Shown piece by piece: positions 51,566 to 61,656 of a DNA stretch of 64,000 nt (position 1 is its first letter; the number at the start of each line of letters is the position of its first letter). The position numbers and the translations under genes are program-made. The DNA is from Sulfurospirillaceae bacterium (lineage in GTDB: Bacteria > Campylobacterota > Campylobacteria > Campylobacterales > Sulfurospirillaceae), in contig JAWVXD010000005.1 in assembly GCA_033723415.1 (NCBI GenBank), positions 96,001-160,000 of the forward strand, read 5' to 3'. The notes beneath the pieces were generated by a model. It did no database searches. It was not told the origin of the DNA and was given only the letters and a program-made list of their open reading frames with translations.

Positions 51566-53011
51566 TTAAAGCGTTAGATTTGAATAATATTCTAATTGCT
51601 CTCGCTTAAGTATCCTGATAAAGTTAGTACTTCCTTCAAGACCTGTAGGAAAACCGGCAGTGACTATGTATGTACCGTTTTTATTTATTATTTTTTCTTT
51701 GAGTGCATTTTTTAACATATTTGCCAAGAGTAAGTTCAGATTTGTCTCTTGAACTCTCATAACTGGTTCTACGCCCCAAACCAAAGTCAACGATCTTGCA
51801 ACCTTTTCATCAAGAGTCACGGCTAAAATATTATTTTTAATTCGATATCTTGCTAGTTTCTGTGCAGATTTACCTGAATTTGTAATAGAAAGAATAGAAT
51901 CAACTCCTAACTGAAATGCCAATTTTGCGATAGAAGATGAGATGATATCTGTTTCATCCAAAAATTCATATCTATCAAATTTATTGTAAGGATATACCTC
52001 CTCTGTAGCCATGATCGTATTTGACATAACTTCCACTACATTTATAGGATTTTTTCCTATTGCACTCTCTTCTGATAGCATAACTGCGTCTGTTCCATCT
52101 AAAACGGCATTTGCGACATCACTGATCTCTGCTCTTGTAGCCGTTTCTTTTTCTGCCATTGAAATAAGCATTTGTGTCGCTGTTATAACCGGTTTAGAAG
52201 CCGCATTTGCTTTGCGGATAATCCTTTTTTGAATACTTGGCACTTTGTAGTATGGGACTTCTATACCAAGATCACCACGCGCGACCATAACACCGTCACT
52301 AACTTCTAATATCTCATCTATATTTTCAACAGCGTCAAACTTCTCTATTTTTGCGATTATACTAGTTTTGGAACCAAAGTTTTTTAGCAGTGTTCTAACT
52401 CTTAGTATGTCTTTTGCACTTTGAACAAAAGATACGGCTACAAAGTCTACTTCATTTTGTGCACCCCATAGTAGATCTTCTTCATCTTTGGGAGTTATAA
52501 CATTTACATTGATCCTTGTATTTGGAAAATTCACACCTTTATTAGAAGAAAGCATACCGCTATTTTCAACTAAAGTGACGATGACTTCTCCGATCTCTAT
52601 AACTTTTGCTTTGATATTTCCGTCATATAGATATATATATTCGCCGACATTTAACATATCCAATATTTCCGGTTGATTTATACAAAGTTTATATTCGTGC
52701 TCATCTACCTGATGACCAGTTATATCTTCTTTTACAAATATCAATTTGTCATTTTGCTTCAAATAAAAATTATCATCCAAATTACCAATTCTTACTTTAG
52801 GTCCACATATATCTTGCAATATCCCGACTCTTTTATTGGCTTTTTTCTCTGCGATTTTTATATTTTTTAAAACTCCTAAGTGATACTCGTGTGTACCATG
52901 GCTAAAATTCAGTCTAAATACATTAACACCTGCATTTATCAAGCCTTCTAACACTTCTACTCTATCACTTGCCGGTCCAACTGTTGCTAAAATTTTTGTT
53001 TTTTTATTCAT
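51566..53011 (-). CDS. pyk: pyruvate kinase
   Basis: KTKILATVGP, RLNFSHG, MVARGDLG, ATQML; start at MNKK after AGGAG. Confidence 0.97.
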   Translation of the reverse strand: MNKKTKILATVGPASDRVEVLEGLINAGVNVFRLNFSHGTHEYHLGVLKNIKIAEKKANKRVGILQDICGPKVRIGNLDDNFYLKQNDKLIFVKEDITGHQVDEHEYKLCINQPEILDMLNVGEYIYLYDGNIKAKVIEIGEVIVTLVENSGMLSSNKGVNFPNTRINVNVITPKDEEDLLWGAQNEVDFVAVSFVQSAKDILRVRTLLKNFGSKTSIIAKIEKFDAVENIDEILEVSDGVMVARGDLGIEVPYYKVPSIQKRIIRKANAASKPVITATQMLISMAEKETATRAEISDVANAVLDGTDAVMLSEESAIGKNPINVVEVMSNTIMATEEVYPYNKFDRYEFLDETDIISSSIAKLAFQLGVDSILSITNSGKSAQKLARYRIKNNILAVTLDEKVARSLTLVWGVEPVMRVQETNLNLLLANMLKNALKEKIINKNGTYIVTAGFPTGLEGSTNFIRILKREQLEYYSNLTL

Positions 53012-53198
53012 ATTTTTTCTCCTGTCTTTTATAGTATGCATGCAACCATCACTTTGAAATTTATAAAAAATTGTAATGCCATTTTTGTTGATTCTTTTCA
53101 AAGTGAATACGATACTATTTAAGATAAAATTATATCATGTCGTTGCTAACAAGATGATTACAACTAGATCATGATATAAGCAAAACAGACAAATAATC

Positions 53199-53253
53199 TT
53201 GACAATAGAAGAAAAAAGCTGTAATATTTCAAAATGAATGACCGTCAGTCATT
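53199..53253 (+). promoter_or_regulatory. sigma70 promoter and TetR-type operator
   Basis: TTGACA (53199)-N17-TAATAT (53222); inverted repeat AATGAC-CGTCA-GTCATT at 53237-53253. Confidence 0.7.
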
Positions 53254-53265
53254 ATAGGAGAAATT

Positions 53266-53883
53266 ATGGCACGTATTATAGATAAAGAAGAAAAACGCTG
53301 CGATATTGCCCTTGCATCTATTGATCTTTTTTGTGAGAAAGGTATCCAGCAAACCAGCATTGACGAGATAGCCAAAAGTGCAGGTGTCGCTAAAGGTACG
53401 ATCTACCTCTACTTTAAAAATAAAGATGAAATTGTCTTTTCAATCTGGGAGTATCTTGCCCAAAAACATATAAATGCTTTCAATTCTATAGTCAAACCTT
53501 CAATGAACGCTAGAGAAAAAATTCTTTTGTTTTATAATTTTGAAGAATTTGATGAATCTACTGTTGAAGCAGAAAAGATTCTTAATCTGTATCAGCATTT
53601 TATAAGTTCTATGCTCATTGATACCACTGGTATTTATGCGGAATATTCACAAAGCTTTTTTCAAAGAGATTTTGATTTTATATCTGCTTGTCTGCAAGAA
53701 GGTGTTGATTCAGGTGAGTTCAAAGAAATGGATATTACACTTTTGACAAATACTTTAGTCATGATCATTAAAGGCACCTTGATAAAATCAAAGGCTTGTC
53801 AATTTAATTTTAAAAGAACAAAAACCTTTTTAAATCAGCATCTTAAATTCGTTTTAGAAAACTTTGCAAGGAAAGAATTATGA
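53266..53883 (+). CDS. TetR/AcrR family regulator
   Basis: TSIDEIAKSAGVAKGTIYLYFKNK HTH. Confidence 0.93.
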   Translation: MARIIDKEEKRCDIALASIDLFCEKGIQQTSIDEIAKSAGVAKGTIYLYFKNKDEIVFSIWEYLAQKHINAFNSIVKPSMNAREKILLFYNFEEFDESTVEAEKILNLYQHFISSMLIDTTGIYAEYSQSFFQRDFDFISACLQEGVDSGEFKEMDITLLTNTLVMIIKGTLIKSKACQFNFKRTKTFLNQHLKFVLENFARKEL

Positions 53884-54620
53884 AAAAAATAATATTACTG
53901 TTGCTGCTTCTTATGCAGGCTCTTTTGGCTGAAGAAGTATATGCAACATTTGACGTTGTCAGCAATAAAAGCTCAGACCTCGGGTTATCAGTTTCCGGTG
54001 TCGTCGGCTCTTTGTATGTTGATGTGGGTGACACTGTAAAAAAAGGCACCTTGCTTTTGAGTTTAAAAAACGATCAAGAACAACAAGAGGTAAATAGTGC
54101 CAGGACTGCTGTAGCAATAGCGCAAAAATATGCAGAACACTCTCAAAAAATTTATGACAGATATGCAAAAATTTCAGATGTTATAGACAAAGAAAAAATG
54201 GAAAACTACATATACAATAGAGATATAAATGCGCTAAATCTAAAAAATGCGCTAAACACACTCCATCTAAGAGAGATCCAACTAGCCAAAACTCAACTTC
54301 GTGCACCTTATGACTTGGTTGTCACAAAGAAAATGACCGAACTTGGAAACATTGTTTTAGGATCTCAAACAAAACTTTTAAGCGTGACTTCTCCTAAAGA
54401 CATCAAACTAGTTTTAAAATTTGATGAAAAGTATTGGAAAGAAATAAAGATCGGTCAAAAATTTACTTATAAAGTAGATGGAAGCAATATGACGTATCAA
54501 GGAACTATCAGTAAAATTTATCCGACTGTTATCCAAAGTACACGTAAAATGCAAGCTGAAGTAAAAGCATTCAACCTTATGCCTGGTCTTTTTGGAAGCG
54601 GCATGATAACGGTAAAATAG
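53880..54620 (+). CDS. RND efflux periplasmic adaptor
   Basis: VSGVV..LYVDVGDTVKKG, coiled hairpin, LRAPYD, LMPG. Confidence 0.88.
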   Translation: MKKIILLLLLLMQALLAEEVYATFDVVSNKSSDLGLSVSGVVGSLYVDVGDTVKKGTLLLSLKNDQEQQEVNSARTAVAIAQKYAEHSQKIYDRYAKISDVIDKEKMENYIYNRDINALNLKNALNTLHLREIQLAKTQLRAPYDLVVTKKMTELGNIVLGSQTKLLSVTSPKDIKLVLKFDEKYWKEIKIGQKFTYKVDGSNMTYQGTISKIYPTVIQSTRKMQAEVKAFNLMPGLFGSGMITVK

Positions 54621-54623
54621 CCC

Positions 54624-57600
54624 ATGTATAAATTAGCCATAAACCGCCCTATTACAACGCTGATGGGCGTACTGACATTTATCGTTTTTGGTCTGATAGC
54701 GTACAATACAATGCCTGTCAATCTGTTTCCAAATGTTGATTTTCCAATCGTTACTGTTCAAACTACATATAACGGAGCTGATGCTTCAACCGTGGAATCA
54801 AAGGTAACAGACAAGATAGAAGAAGCAGTCTCAGGAGTTGACGGGATAGACAAATTGATGTCTACAAGCTACGAAGGACTTAGTGTAGTTACGATTCAAT
54901 TTAAACTAAATAAAAATCTTAATGCTGCAACAAATGATGTCAGAGACAAGGTCGGCGCACTAAACCTACCTATCGAAGTGGATAAACCTGTTGTTAAAAA
55001 ATTGGGTGCAACAGGCAGTGTTATCAGTCTATTTATCGCAAATAAAGATGGTAATCCTATCAAATTAATGCGCCTTGCAAATGAAAAACTAAAACCTCAA
55101 CTTCAACGTATAAAAGGGGTGGGCGAAGTCAATATTTTAGGTTATAGAGATCGAGAAATTCGTATCTTTCTTAATCCTTTTGCACTCAATAAATACAATC
55201 TAAGTGCTACTGAAGTGAGTGCGATCATACAAAAACAAAATATAAAACAAGGTGCCGGTAAACTAATAGACGATAAACAGGAGATCATCATCAAAGTTGA
55301 AGGTGATGCAAAAAACATCGAAGAGATGAAAGATCTTGAGATAAAACCTGGTATCAGACTCAAAGATATAGCAACGATCAAAGATGGACTTAGTGATCCA
55401 AAGAGTTATTCTTCTTATAACGGACAAGAAGGTATTACGATCGAGGTAAAGAAAATCGCCGGTGAAAATGTACTGGATATCATCAAAGCCGTCAAAAAAA
55501 CGATGCCTACACTGCAACGCATGGCAGGTAAAAATTTTTCTATAAAAGTATTACAAGACCAATCTGAAAAGATTATGGTCAATATAGACAATGTACGTTT
55601 TGATCTAATTTTTGGTGCATTTCTCTCTATATTTATCGTTTTTGTTTTCCTAAGAAACGTTACTGCCACTTTTGTTTCTGCTTTGGCTATCCCTACTTCC
55701 GTGATCGGCACTTTTGCGATCATGCATATCTTGGGTTACGATCTCAATAAATTAACACTTATTGGACTGACTCTGGCTATCGGTATCTTTATAGATGATG
55801 CTATAGTCGTTATTGAAAACATCATGAAAAAGATGGAAGACGGCATGGAGCCTTTTCGTGCTTCTTTTGAAGGTATTAAAGAAGTAGCATTTTCCATATT
55901 GGCCATATCTTCTGTTTTATTAGCCGTGTTTATACCTGTCGCCTTTATGGATGGAATCGTAGGGATGTTCTTTAACTCTTTTGCCATGACCGTGGCATCA
56001 GGTATATTTATCTCTTATCTTGTAGCAGTTATGTTTATTCCAAGTGTTGGGGCACGTGTGCTTAGCTCTAAAGAGAGTTGGTTTTATCATGCCACTGAAC
56101 CAATACTAAAAGCTATTGATAAAGCATATGTATGGATCTTAAAACCTCTGATCCGCTTCAAAACAATAACCATAATAATCACAATTTGCCTACTTATAGC
56201 ATCTGCTACGCTAAAAGTCGGTATGACCTTTTTGCCTATGCAAGACAATAGTGAATTTCAAATAACGATCAAAGCCCCAGTCGGACTCAATATTGAGACA
56301 ATGAGAAAAAAAGTTTCTCCTATTGATGCCCAGTTAAAAAAAGATAAAAATATAGAATACTCGATCGTTTCTATAGGTTACAATGCAGCCAAAGAGATAA
56401 ACAAGGCAAGAATTTACGTAAAACTTACTCCTGTAGAAAAGCGTAAACTTTCGCAAGAACAAATCATTCAATATTATCGTGAAAAGTTTAAATCCATAAA
56501 AGACATGACCATATCTGTTGAGAAAGTTGATGATTTTAACACGGGAGGCCCTACCGCACCTGTTCAGGTCGTTATAACAGGGGAAAGTTTAAAAGTACTT
56601 GATCAAACCTCTCAAAAATTGATGACATTATTACGCAAAACAAAAGGTATTGTCGATGTGGATCGAGATTTTGAAAAAGGTAAGCCGGAACTTCGTATCA
56701 AGATATTGCGAGAAAATGCGCAAAGAGTGGGAGTCAGTGTAAAAGATATAGCAAATATTTTAGTCTCCGCATATTCTAGTGACAGTGCTGTTTCCTATTA
56801 TGAAGATAACGGACGTCAATTCGATGTCACAGTTAGATTTAAAGATGCTTTTAGAGAGTCTATAAAAGATTTGAAAAAACTGCAAGTACGAAATGCAAAC
56901 GGCAAGCTTGTTTCTCTCGATGGACTTATTTCTATCACCAAAGCAACAGGTACAGCATCGATCAACAGATTTGATAGAGAGAGAAAGGTGCTTGTAACTG
57001 CAAATATTTTTGGAACTTCTCTTGACAAGATCGTTGCCGTTATTAACAAAAATATAAAAAGTATTTTGCCTCAAGGCTATAATTACCGTTATACCGGAGA
57101 TGTTGAAAACATGAACGATACCAATAAAGCATTTGCTGCAGCCGTGCTTTTGGCGGTCATCTTGATCTATCTGATCTTAGCAGCTCTATATGAATCTTTG
57201 ATTCAGCCTTTTATTATCATGATCTCGATGCCGTTATCATTTACCGGAGTCATGATAGCACTATATCTAAGCGGTAACTCTTTTAGCCTCTTTGTCATGA
57301 TAGGTGTTATTTTACTTCTTGGAATGGTCGGGAAAAATGCTATTTTGGTCGTAGATTTTGCGAATCGTGCGATCAAAGAAGGTAAAGATGTAGATAGTGC
57401 TTTACTTGAAGCAGGAGAGAGACGCCTTCGTCCTATCTTAATGACGACTTTTGCCATGATAGGAGCGATGATCCCCTTGGCATTTGGCGGAGGTGCAGGA
57501 CATGAATTAAATTCACCTATGGCTTTGGCCGTAATTGGAGGACTTGTTAGTTCAACAGCTTTGACACTACTGGTAGTTCCGGCTATTTATAAGTTTATGT

Positions 57601-57653
57601 ATCCTGTTGATAGATGGCTTAGAAAGTGGTATGAAAAGGGAGAGGTAAAATAA
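54624..57653 (+). CDS. RND efflux permease (AcrB/AcrD/AcrF family)
   Basis: IDDAIVVIEN, KNAILVVD, RLRPILMT. Confidence 0.95.
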   Translation: MYKLAINRPITTLMGVLTFIVFGLIAYNTMPVNLFPNVDFPIVTVQTTYNGADASTVESKVTDKIEEAVSGVDGIDKLMSTSYEGLSVVTIQFKLNKNLNAATNDVRDKVGALNLPIEVDKPVVKKLGATGSVISLFIANKDGNPIKLMRLANEKLKPQLQRIKGVGEVNILGYRDREIRIFLNPFALNKYNLSATEVSAIIQKQNIKQGAGKLIDDKQEIIIKVEGDAKNIEEMKDLEIKPGIRLKDIATIKDGLSDPKSYSSYNGQEGITIEVKKIAGENVLDIIKAVKKTMPTLQRMAGKNFSIKVLQDQSEKIMVNIDNVRFDLIFGAFLSIFIVFVFLRNVTATFVSALAIPTSVIGTFAIMHILGYDLNKLTLIGLTLAIGIFIDDAIVVIENIMKKMEDGMEPFRASFEGIKEVAFSILAISSVLLAVFIPVAFMDGIVGMFFNSFAMTVASGIFISYLVAVMFIPSVGARVLSSKESWFYHATEPILKAIDKAYVWILKPLIRFKTITIIITICLLIASATLKVGMTFLPMQDNSEFQITIKAPVGLNIETMRKKVSPIDAQLKKDKNIEYSIVSIGYNAAKEINKARIYVKLTPVEKRKLSQEQIIQYYREKFKSIKDMTISVEKVDDFNTGGPTAPVQVVITGESLKVLDQTSQKLMTLLRKTKGIVDVDRDFEKGKPELRIKILRENAQRVGVSVKDIANILVSAYSSDSAVSYYEDNGRQFDVTVRFKDAFRESIKDLKKLQVRNANGKLVSLDGLISITKATGTASINRFDRERKVLVTANIFGTSLDKIVAVINKNIKSILPQGYNYRYTGDVENMNDTNKAFAAAVLLAVILIYLILAALYESLIQPFIIMISMPLSFTGVMIALYLSGNSFSLFVMIGVILLLGMVGKNAILVVDFANRAIKEGKDVDSALLEAGERRLRPILMTTFAMIGAMIPLAFGGGAGHELNSPMALAVIGGLVSSTALTLLVVPAIYKFMYPVDRWLRKWYEKGEVK

Positions 57654-57662
57654 ATAGTACGC

Positions 57663-57696
57663 AGTGTGCCGATCTTTTATAATAGGTCGGCACACT
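57663..57696. terminator. bidirectional terminator between the RND operon and aclA
   Basis: AGTGTGCCGA-N14-TCGGCACACT. Confidence 0.65.
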
Positions 57697-57707
57697 ACAA
57701 AAAAAGT

Positions 57708-59522
57708 CTAAGCTTCTAGTGTCTCAATATCATAAAGTATGTCATCCCACGGATGTCTGTACATAGGCATATTGAGTCTTTTTTCATCTAGTATGTGTCC
57801 TATAAATCCAATACAACGTCCCAATATGAAAAAGGCATTTAACGCTCCGGCATCTATAAAAGTATTGATCTCGTCATTGTCATATCCAAGCTCTCTCCAC
57901 ATATCTACCATCAAAACACCTATAGTTCCATCGACATTTAAGATCAAATTATCTTTTTTTGAGGTTGTCTCTTTTTCTATCTCTAATGCATAATCTAAGA
58001 TCGGACTTGACGGAAAGTTTTCTGCAACAAATTTTTTAAGCCCTGTTATCCTTAAATCAGGATTTCTTACAGACTTGATCCTATGTCCGATTCCAGGTAT
58101 AGGTATACCCTCTTTTTTCATGTATTTTAAAAACTCTTTTGGACTTAGATTGTTATCATAACCGTATTTGAAATATTTTGCAGCTCCATCTATCGCTCCG
58201 CCAAATCTCGGACCGATCGTTAAAAGACCGGATATCAAAGAGCTAACGACATCTTTTCCTGCACGTGCAGTTACTTTTGCATTGTGTGCCCCACTCACCG
58301 CAGGACCGTGATCTGCAACCGTTTTGAGAACTGTTTCAATAAAATCAACTGCCCATCTAGGATATCTTTGCTTAAACCAAAGGATGCTCATAACATCTCC
58401 TAGCGTATATCCTGTGTCAGGAGTAGCGACCTTTGATATAGGAATACCGCAATATGTAGCTTCTTCACCTCTATCATCACTGATCGTACAGATAAAATTT
58501 CTAGCTTTTCTATCTTCTTTGATAGTTTTTACGGCAGGTTCTTCAATCTTTTCAATCACTCCGCTTGATAGCAATTCTTCATAGACGCTATGTATCACGG
58601 AAGGTATTTCGTTAAATGACGAAGGCACATGAAATCCGGCTTCTTTCATCGCTTTGTTTTTTGCTTCTGCTGTTTCTCTATCTGCATTTGCACTAGCTCC
58701 GGCATGACCAAATTGTACGCCGCTTTCAAAATGCTTTGCGATAGTTCCGATACACCATCCGATTATCGGTTTTGTGATCTTGCCGCTTTTCACGGCATCT
58801 ATGACCTTGTATTCTTCATCCCCGCCAACTTCTCCGAGCAAGATCATGTATTTTACATCAGGGTTTGTTTCCATTCTCATAATATTGTCTATAAAAACAG
58901 ATCCTACAAATCTATCCCCGCCTATAGCAACACCTTCTGCTATACCATCGGCATTGATAGAGATAATATTTGCCATCTCATTGAAAAGCCCCCCGCTTCT
59001 CGTCACTAATCCGCAACTCCCGCATCTGTTAAGCTTTGAGTTTACTATGTTCTCTAGAGTACCGCCGATATTTGCTATCTTAAATGCTCCTGGTGCGATT
59101 CCACCAACAGTAGCAGGTCCTATGATAGTTACACCCTTTTCACGAGCTAATGCATTCATAAGTCTTGCTCTTCTCTCCGGGATTCCCTCAGCCGTAACCA
59201 TAATAGTCCTAAATTGACCGTCTAACTCTATAGCTTCCATAACAACATCATATGCTGTTCTAAATGAGCCGAAATTTAATAATACGTCAGCATTCGGATG
59301 ATGTAGCGCAGCTTCATGCGTATTTCTATAAAGAGGAATCATAATCTCTTCACTTCCATAGAAGAATTTGTCAAATGTTGCTGTACTTGTTGGAGCTACG
59401 ATGGCGGCAATAGAAGGCTTTTCTCTATCTATAATATAATCATAATCTAACATTCGCTGGATCGCACTTCTGTTGTTATTCCAAAATATTGCTTGCGTGT
59501 CTTTTGTAAATAATCTACTCAT
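57708..59522 (-). CDS. aclA: ATP citrate lyase alpha subunit
   Basis: GPATVGG, QFGHAGA phospho-His, DHGPAVSGAHN, GIGHRIKS. Confidence 0.95.
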   Translation of the reverse strand: MSRLFTKDTQAIFWNNNRSAIQRMLDYDYIIDREKPSIAAIVAPTSTATFDKFFYGSEEIMIPLYRNTHEAALHHPNADVLLNFGSFRTAYDVVMEAIELDGQFRTIMVTAEGIPERRARLMNALAREKGVTIIGPATVGGIAPGAFKIANIGGTLENIVNSKLNRCGSCGLVTRSGGLFNEMANIISINADGIAEGVAIGGDRFVGSVFIDNIMRMETNPDVKYMILLGEVGGDEEYKVIDAVKSGKITKPIIGWCIGTIAKHFESGVQFGHAGASANADRETAEAKNKAMKEAGFHVPSSFNEIPSVIHSVYEELLSSGVIEKIEEPAVKTIKEDRKARNFICTISDDRGEEATYCGIPISKVATPDTGYTLGDVMSILWFKQRYPRWAVDFIETVLKTVADHGPAVSGAHNAKVTARAGKDVVSSLISGLLTIGPRFGGAIDGAAKYFKYGYDNNLSPKEFLKYMKKEGIPIPGIGHRIKSVRNPDLRITGLKKFVAENFPSSPILDYALEIEKETTSKKDNLILNVDGTIGVLMVDMWRELGYDNDEINTFIDAGALNAFFILGRCIGFIGHILDEKRLNMPMYRHPWDDILYDIETLEA

Positions 59523-59523
59523 T

Positions 59524-60852
59524 TTAATTTCCTTTCTCTTCTAAAGCCATTCTGACTATATCCGTAACATGTGTCTCCGGTCCATAGACTTCCATATAAA
59601 GTCCCAATCTGTCCGCTGCTTCTTTTATATCTTTTAGCCCTTTTTTGTAGTTTGGACCGCCACGGCGAACATATATCTTGACACCTGTCTCTTTTAGCTT
59701 TTGTGCATATTCCTCTAGAGATTGGATTATTCCTGTAAAAGTTTTAGCAACATCCGTAAAATTTGCAATCGCCCCACCTATGATCAATATCTTATCTCTG
59801 CCCTTTGTGTCTTTATGCTTTGTCATGAGATTAAAAATAGTATCGGCATAAAACTTTGTCTCTCCAGTAGTCGGCCCACCGCTGTATTCTCCATAGTTTG
59901 CCAACTCTTTAACATTGCCACTGAGATTTGCTATCGTATCTGCATACACAACACTAGCACCGCCTCCTGCAACCATCGTCCATATTCTTCCCATTGGATT
60001 TAAAATAGTAAGTTTTAGCGATGCACCGCTTTTTGCATCTGCTTCGACTATAGCTTTTTCTTCAGGAGATTGATCTTCCATCCCAAATGCAGTGGGATAC
60101 TCTATATCTCCCCAAGAATTTTCCATAAGATACCCGGCCGTATCATCAAGTCTAGAGACAAGATCCAAAATTCCCATCTCATTGTTATCTAACATGACTA
60201 GTGGATTGATCTCCAAGTAAGCAAAGTTCATATCTCTGTAAAATTTAAAGAATGCAACTGCAAAAGATATAAAAGATTCTTTTCTATTTGCCGGTAGATC
60301 CGATGGTGCATTCGCTCTGATAATATACTCTATATCGGTATCACTTAAAGTTATAGGCAAGATCACTTCCGTGACTTTTTCATCCCATCCTTCTTCTACT
60401 TCCATACCTCCTTCAGTCGACATATAAAGTACATCGTCTTCACCTACTGTCGTAGCTGAAATATAATACTCTTGCTCTTCAGTGTGAGGTATAAAAGGTT
60501 CAACGATAAAATGAGAAAGTGTTCCATGCTGCCCGCTCAAAAGCGTAGTGGTATGTGAAATTTTTTCATTTATCCATTTAGTAGCAACTTCTAAAGATAC
60601 ATCGCCTGGTTTTTGATCACGAAACAAAACGAGAGCATTTTTACCTCTCTTGCCAAAAAGCATATCAGGTTTTGCCACAAGAGGTTCTTGTTTTAGCCAT
60701 TCAAAACCATGTTTTTCTGCTCTTTGTTTTAACTCATCTCCGCTACTTACAAGCACTGATTTGAAACTGTAGTGAAAGCCGCTAAAATACTTTTCCCAAT
60801 GTTTTGAAAAAAGTGCTTTTCCGTCATATTCTCGAATTGCCCTTTGAGCCAT
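59524..60852 (-). CDS. aclB: ATP citrate lyase beta subunit
   Basis: MAQRAIREYDGK, KPDMLFGKRGK, AGGGASVVYAD, NYGEYSG. Confidence 0.95.
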   Translation of the reverse strand: MAQRAIREYDGKALFSKHWEKYFSGFHYSFKSVLVSSGDELKQRAEKHGFEWLKQEPLVAKPDMLFGKRGKNALVLFRDQKPGDVSLEVATKWINEKISHTTTLLSGQHGTLSHFIVEPFIPHTEEQEYYISATTVGEDDVLYMSTEGGMEVEEGWDEKVTEVILPITLSDTDIEYIIRANAPSDLPANRKESFISFAVAFFKFYRDMNFAYLEINPLVMLDNNEMGILDLVSRLDDTAGYLMENSWGDIEYPTAFGMEDQSPEEKAIVEADAKSGASLKLTILNPMGRIWTMVAGGGASVVYADTIANLSGNVKELANYGEYSGGPTTGETKFYADTIFNLMTKHKDTKGRDKILIIGGAIANFTDVAKTFTGIIQSLEEYAQKLKETGVKIYVRRGGPNYKKGLKDIKEAADRLGLYMEVYGPETHVTDIVRMALEEKGN

Positions 60853-60954
60853 AGATAATCCTTTAAAATTCCTTATAAATTTTTATTACTAAAAATCTAT
60901 TATAATTGTATCAAAAAAATCTTTTTTTATTATAAATTAATCGGATATAGAAGA

Positions 60955-61653
60955 TTAAGAATCAGTATGATTTTCAAACACGAGTATTTTTTTGTCAATC
61001 TCGTCACTGAACATAGATATGTCAAAAGTATGTAATAAATGGAGTTTGCTTAACTTTTTAAAGAAGGAGAGCGGATGATAATATTGATAAATGGTACTAA
61101 AATTTTTTTGATATCTATCATCATTTTTTTCAAAATACACTATATCAGTTGTCAAAATTTTATCTTCAAATGTAGCATCAATAGCTAAAAATTCATTTTC
61201 TCTATTTTTAATCATAGATCCATCCGACATTTTAAATCCTAATAGAGTATTTATGTCAGCTAAGAAATATCCGCCGTTTTTAAGTACTGTTGAAATATTA
61301 TCTAAGAAGGTTTTTAAATCATCATCTTGCATATAATTTAGTACATCACCTATGCAGACTACACAGTCATATGAGTTATTCGGGATTTCAGATAATTCAG
61401 TATTTGAAACATTTATATTGAGCTTTTTTGCCCTATTTATCATCACTTGGCTTCTGTCTATTCCCAAAGCATCAAAATCATTATCTTGCAGCAATTTGAC
61501 AAATTTTCCATTGCCGCAACCTACATCTAGAACTGATTTAACATTTAGTGTGGAAATAAAATGAAGGTATGATGAATACAATTTCTCGTATTCATCATAA
61601 AAATCAATAAGAGGCTCAATTTTTGCATATAAATCAAGCGCACTTATATGCAT
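60955..61653 (-). CDS. class I SAM-dependent methyltransferase
   Basis: VLDVGCGNG, GID.S, DVLNY. Confidence 0.88.
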   Translation of the reverse strand: MHISALDLYAKIEPLIDFYDEYEKLYSSYLHFISTLNVKSVLDVGCGNGKFVKLLQDNDFDALGIDRSQVMINRAKKLNINVSNTELSEIPNNSYDCVVCIGDVLNYMQDDDLKTFLDNISTVLKNGGYFLADINTLLGFKMSDGSMIKNRENEFLAIDATFEDKILTTDIVYFEKNDDRYQKNFSTIYQYYHPLSFFKKLSKLHLLHTFDISMFSDEIDKKILVFENHTDS

Positions 61654-61656
61654 GAT

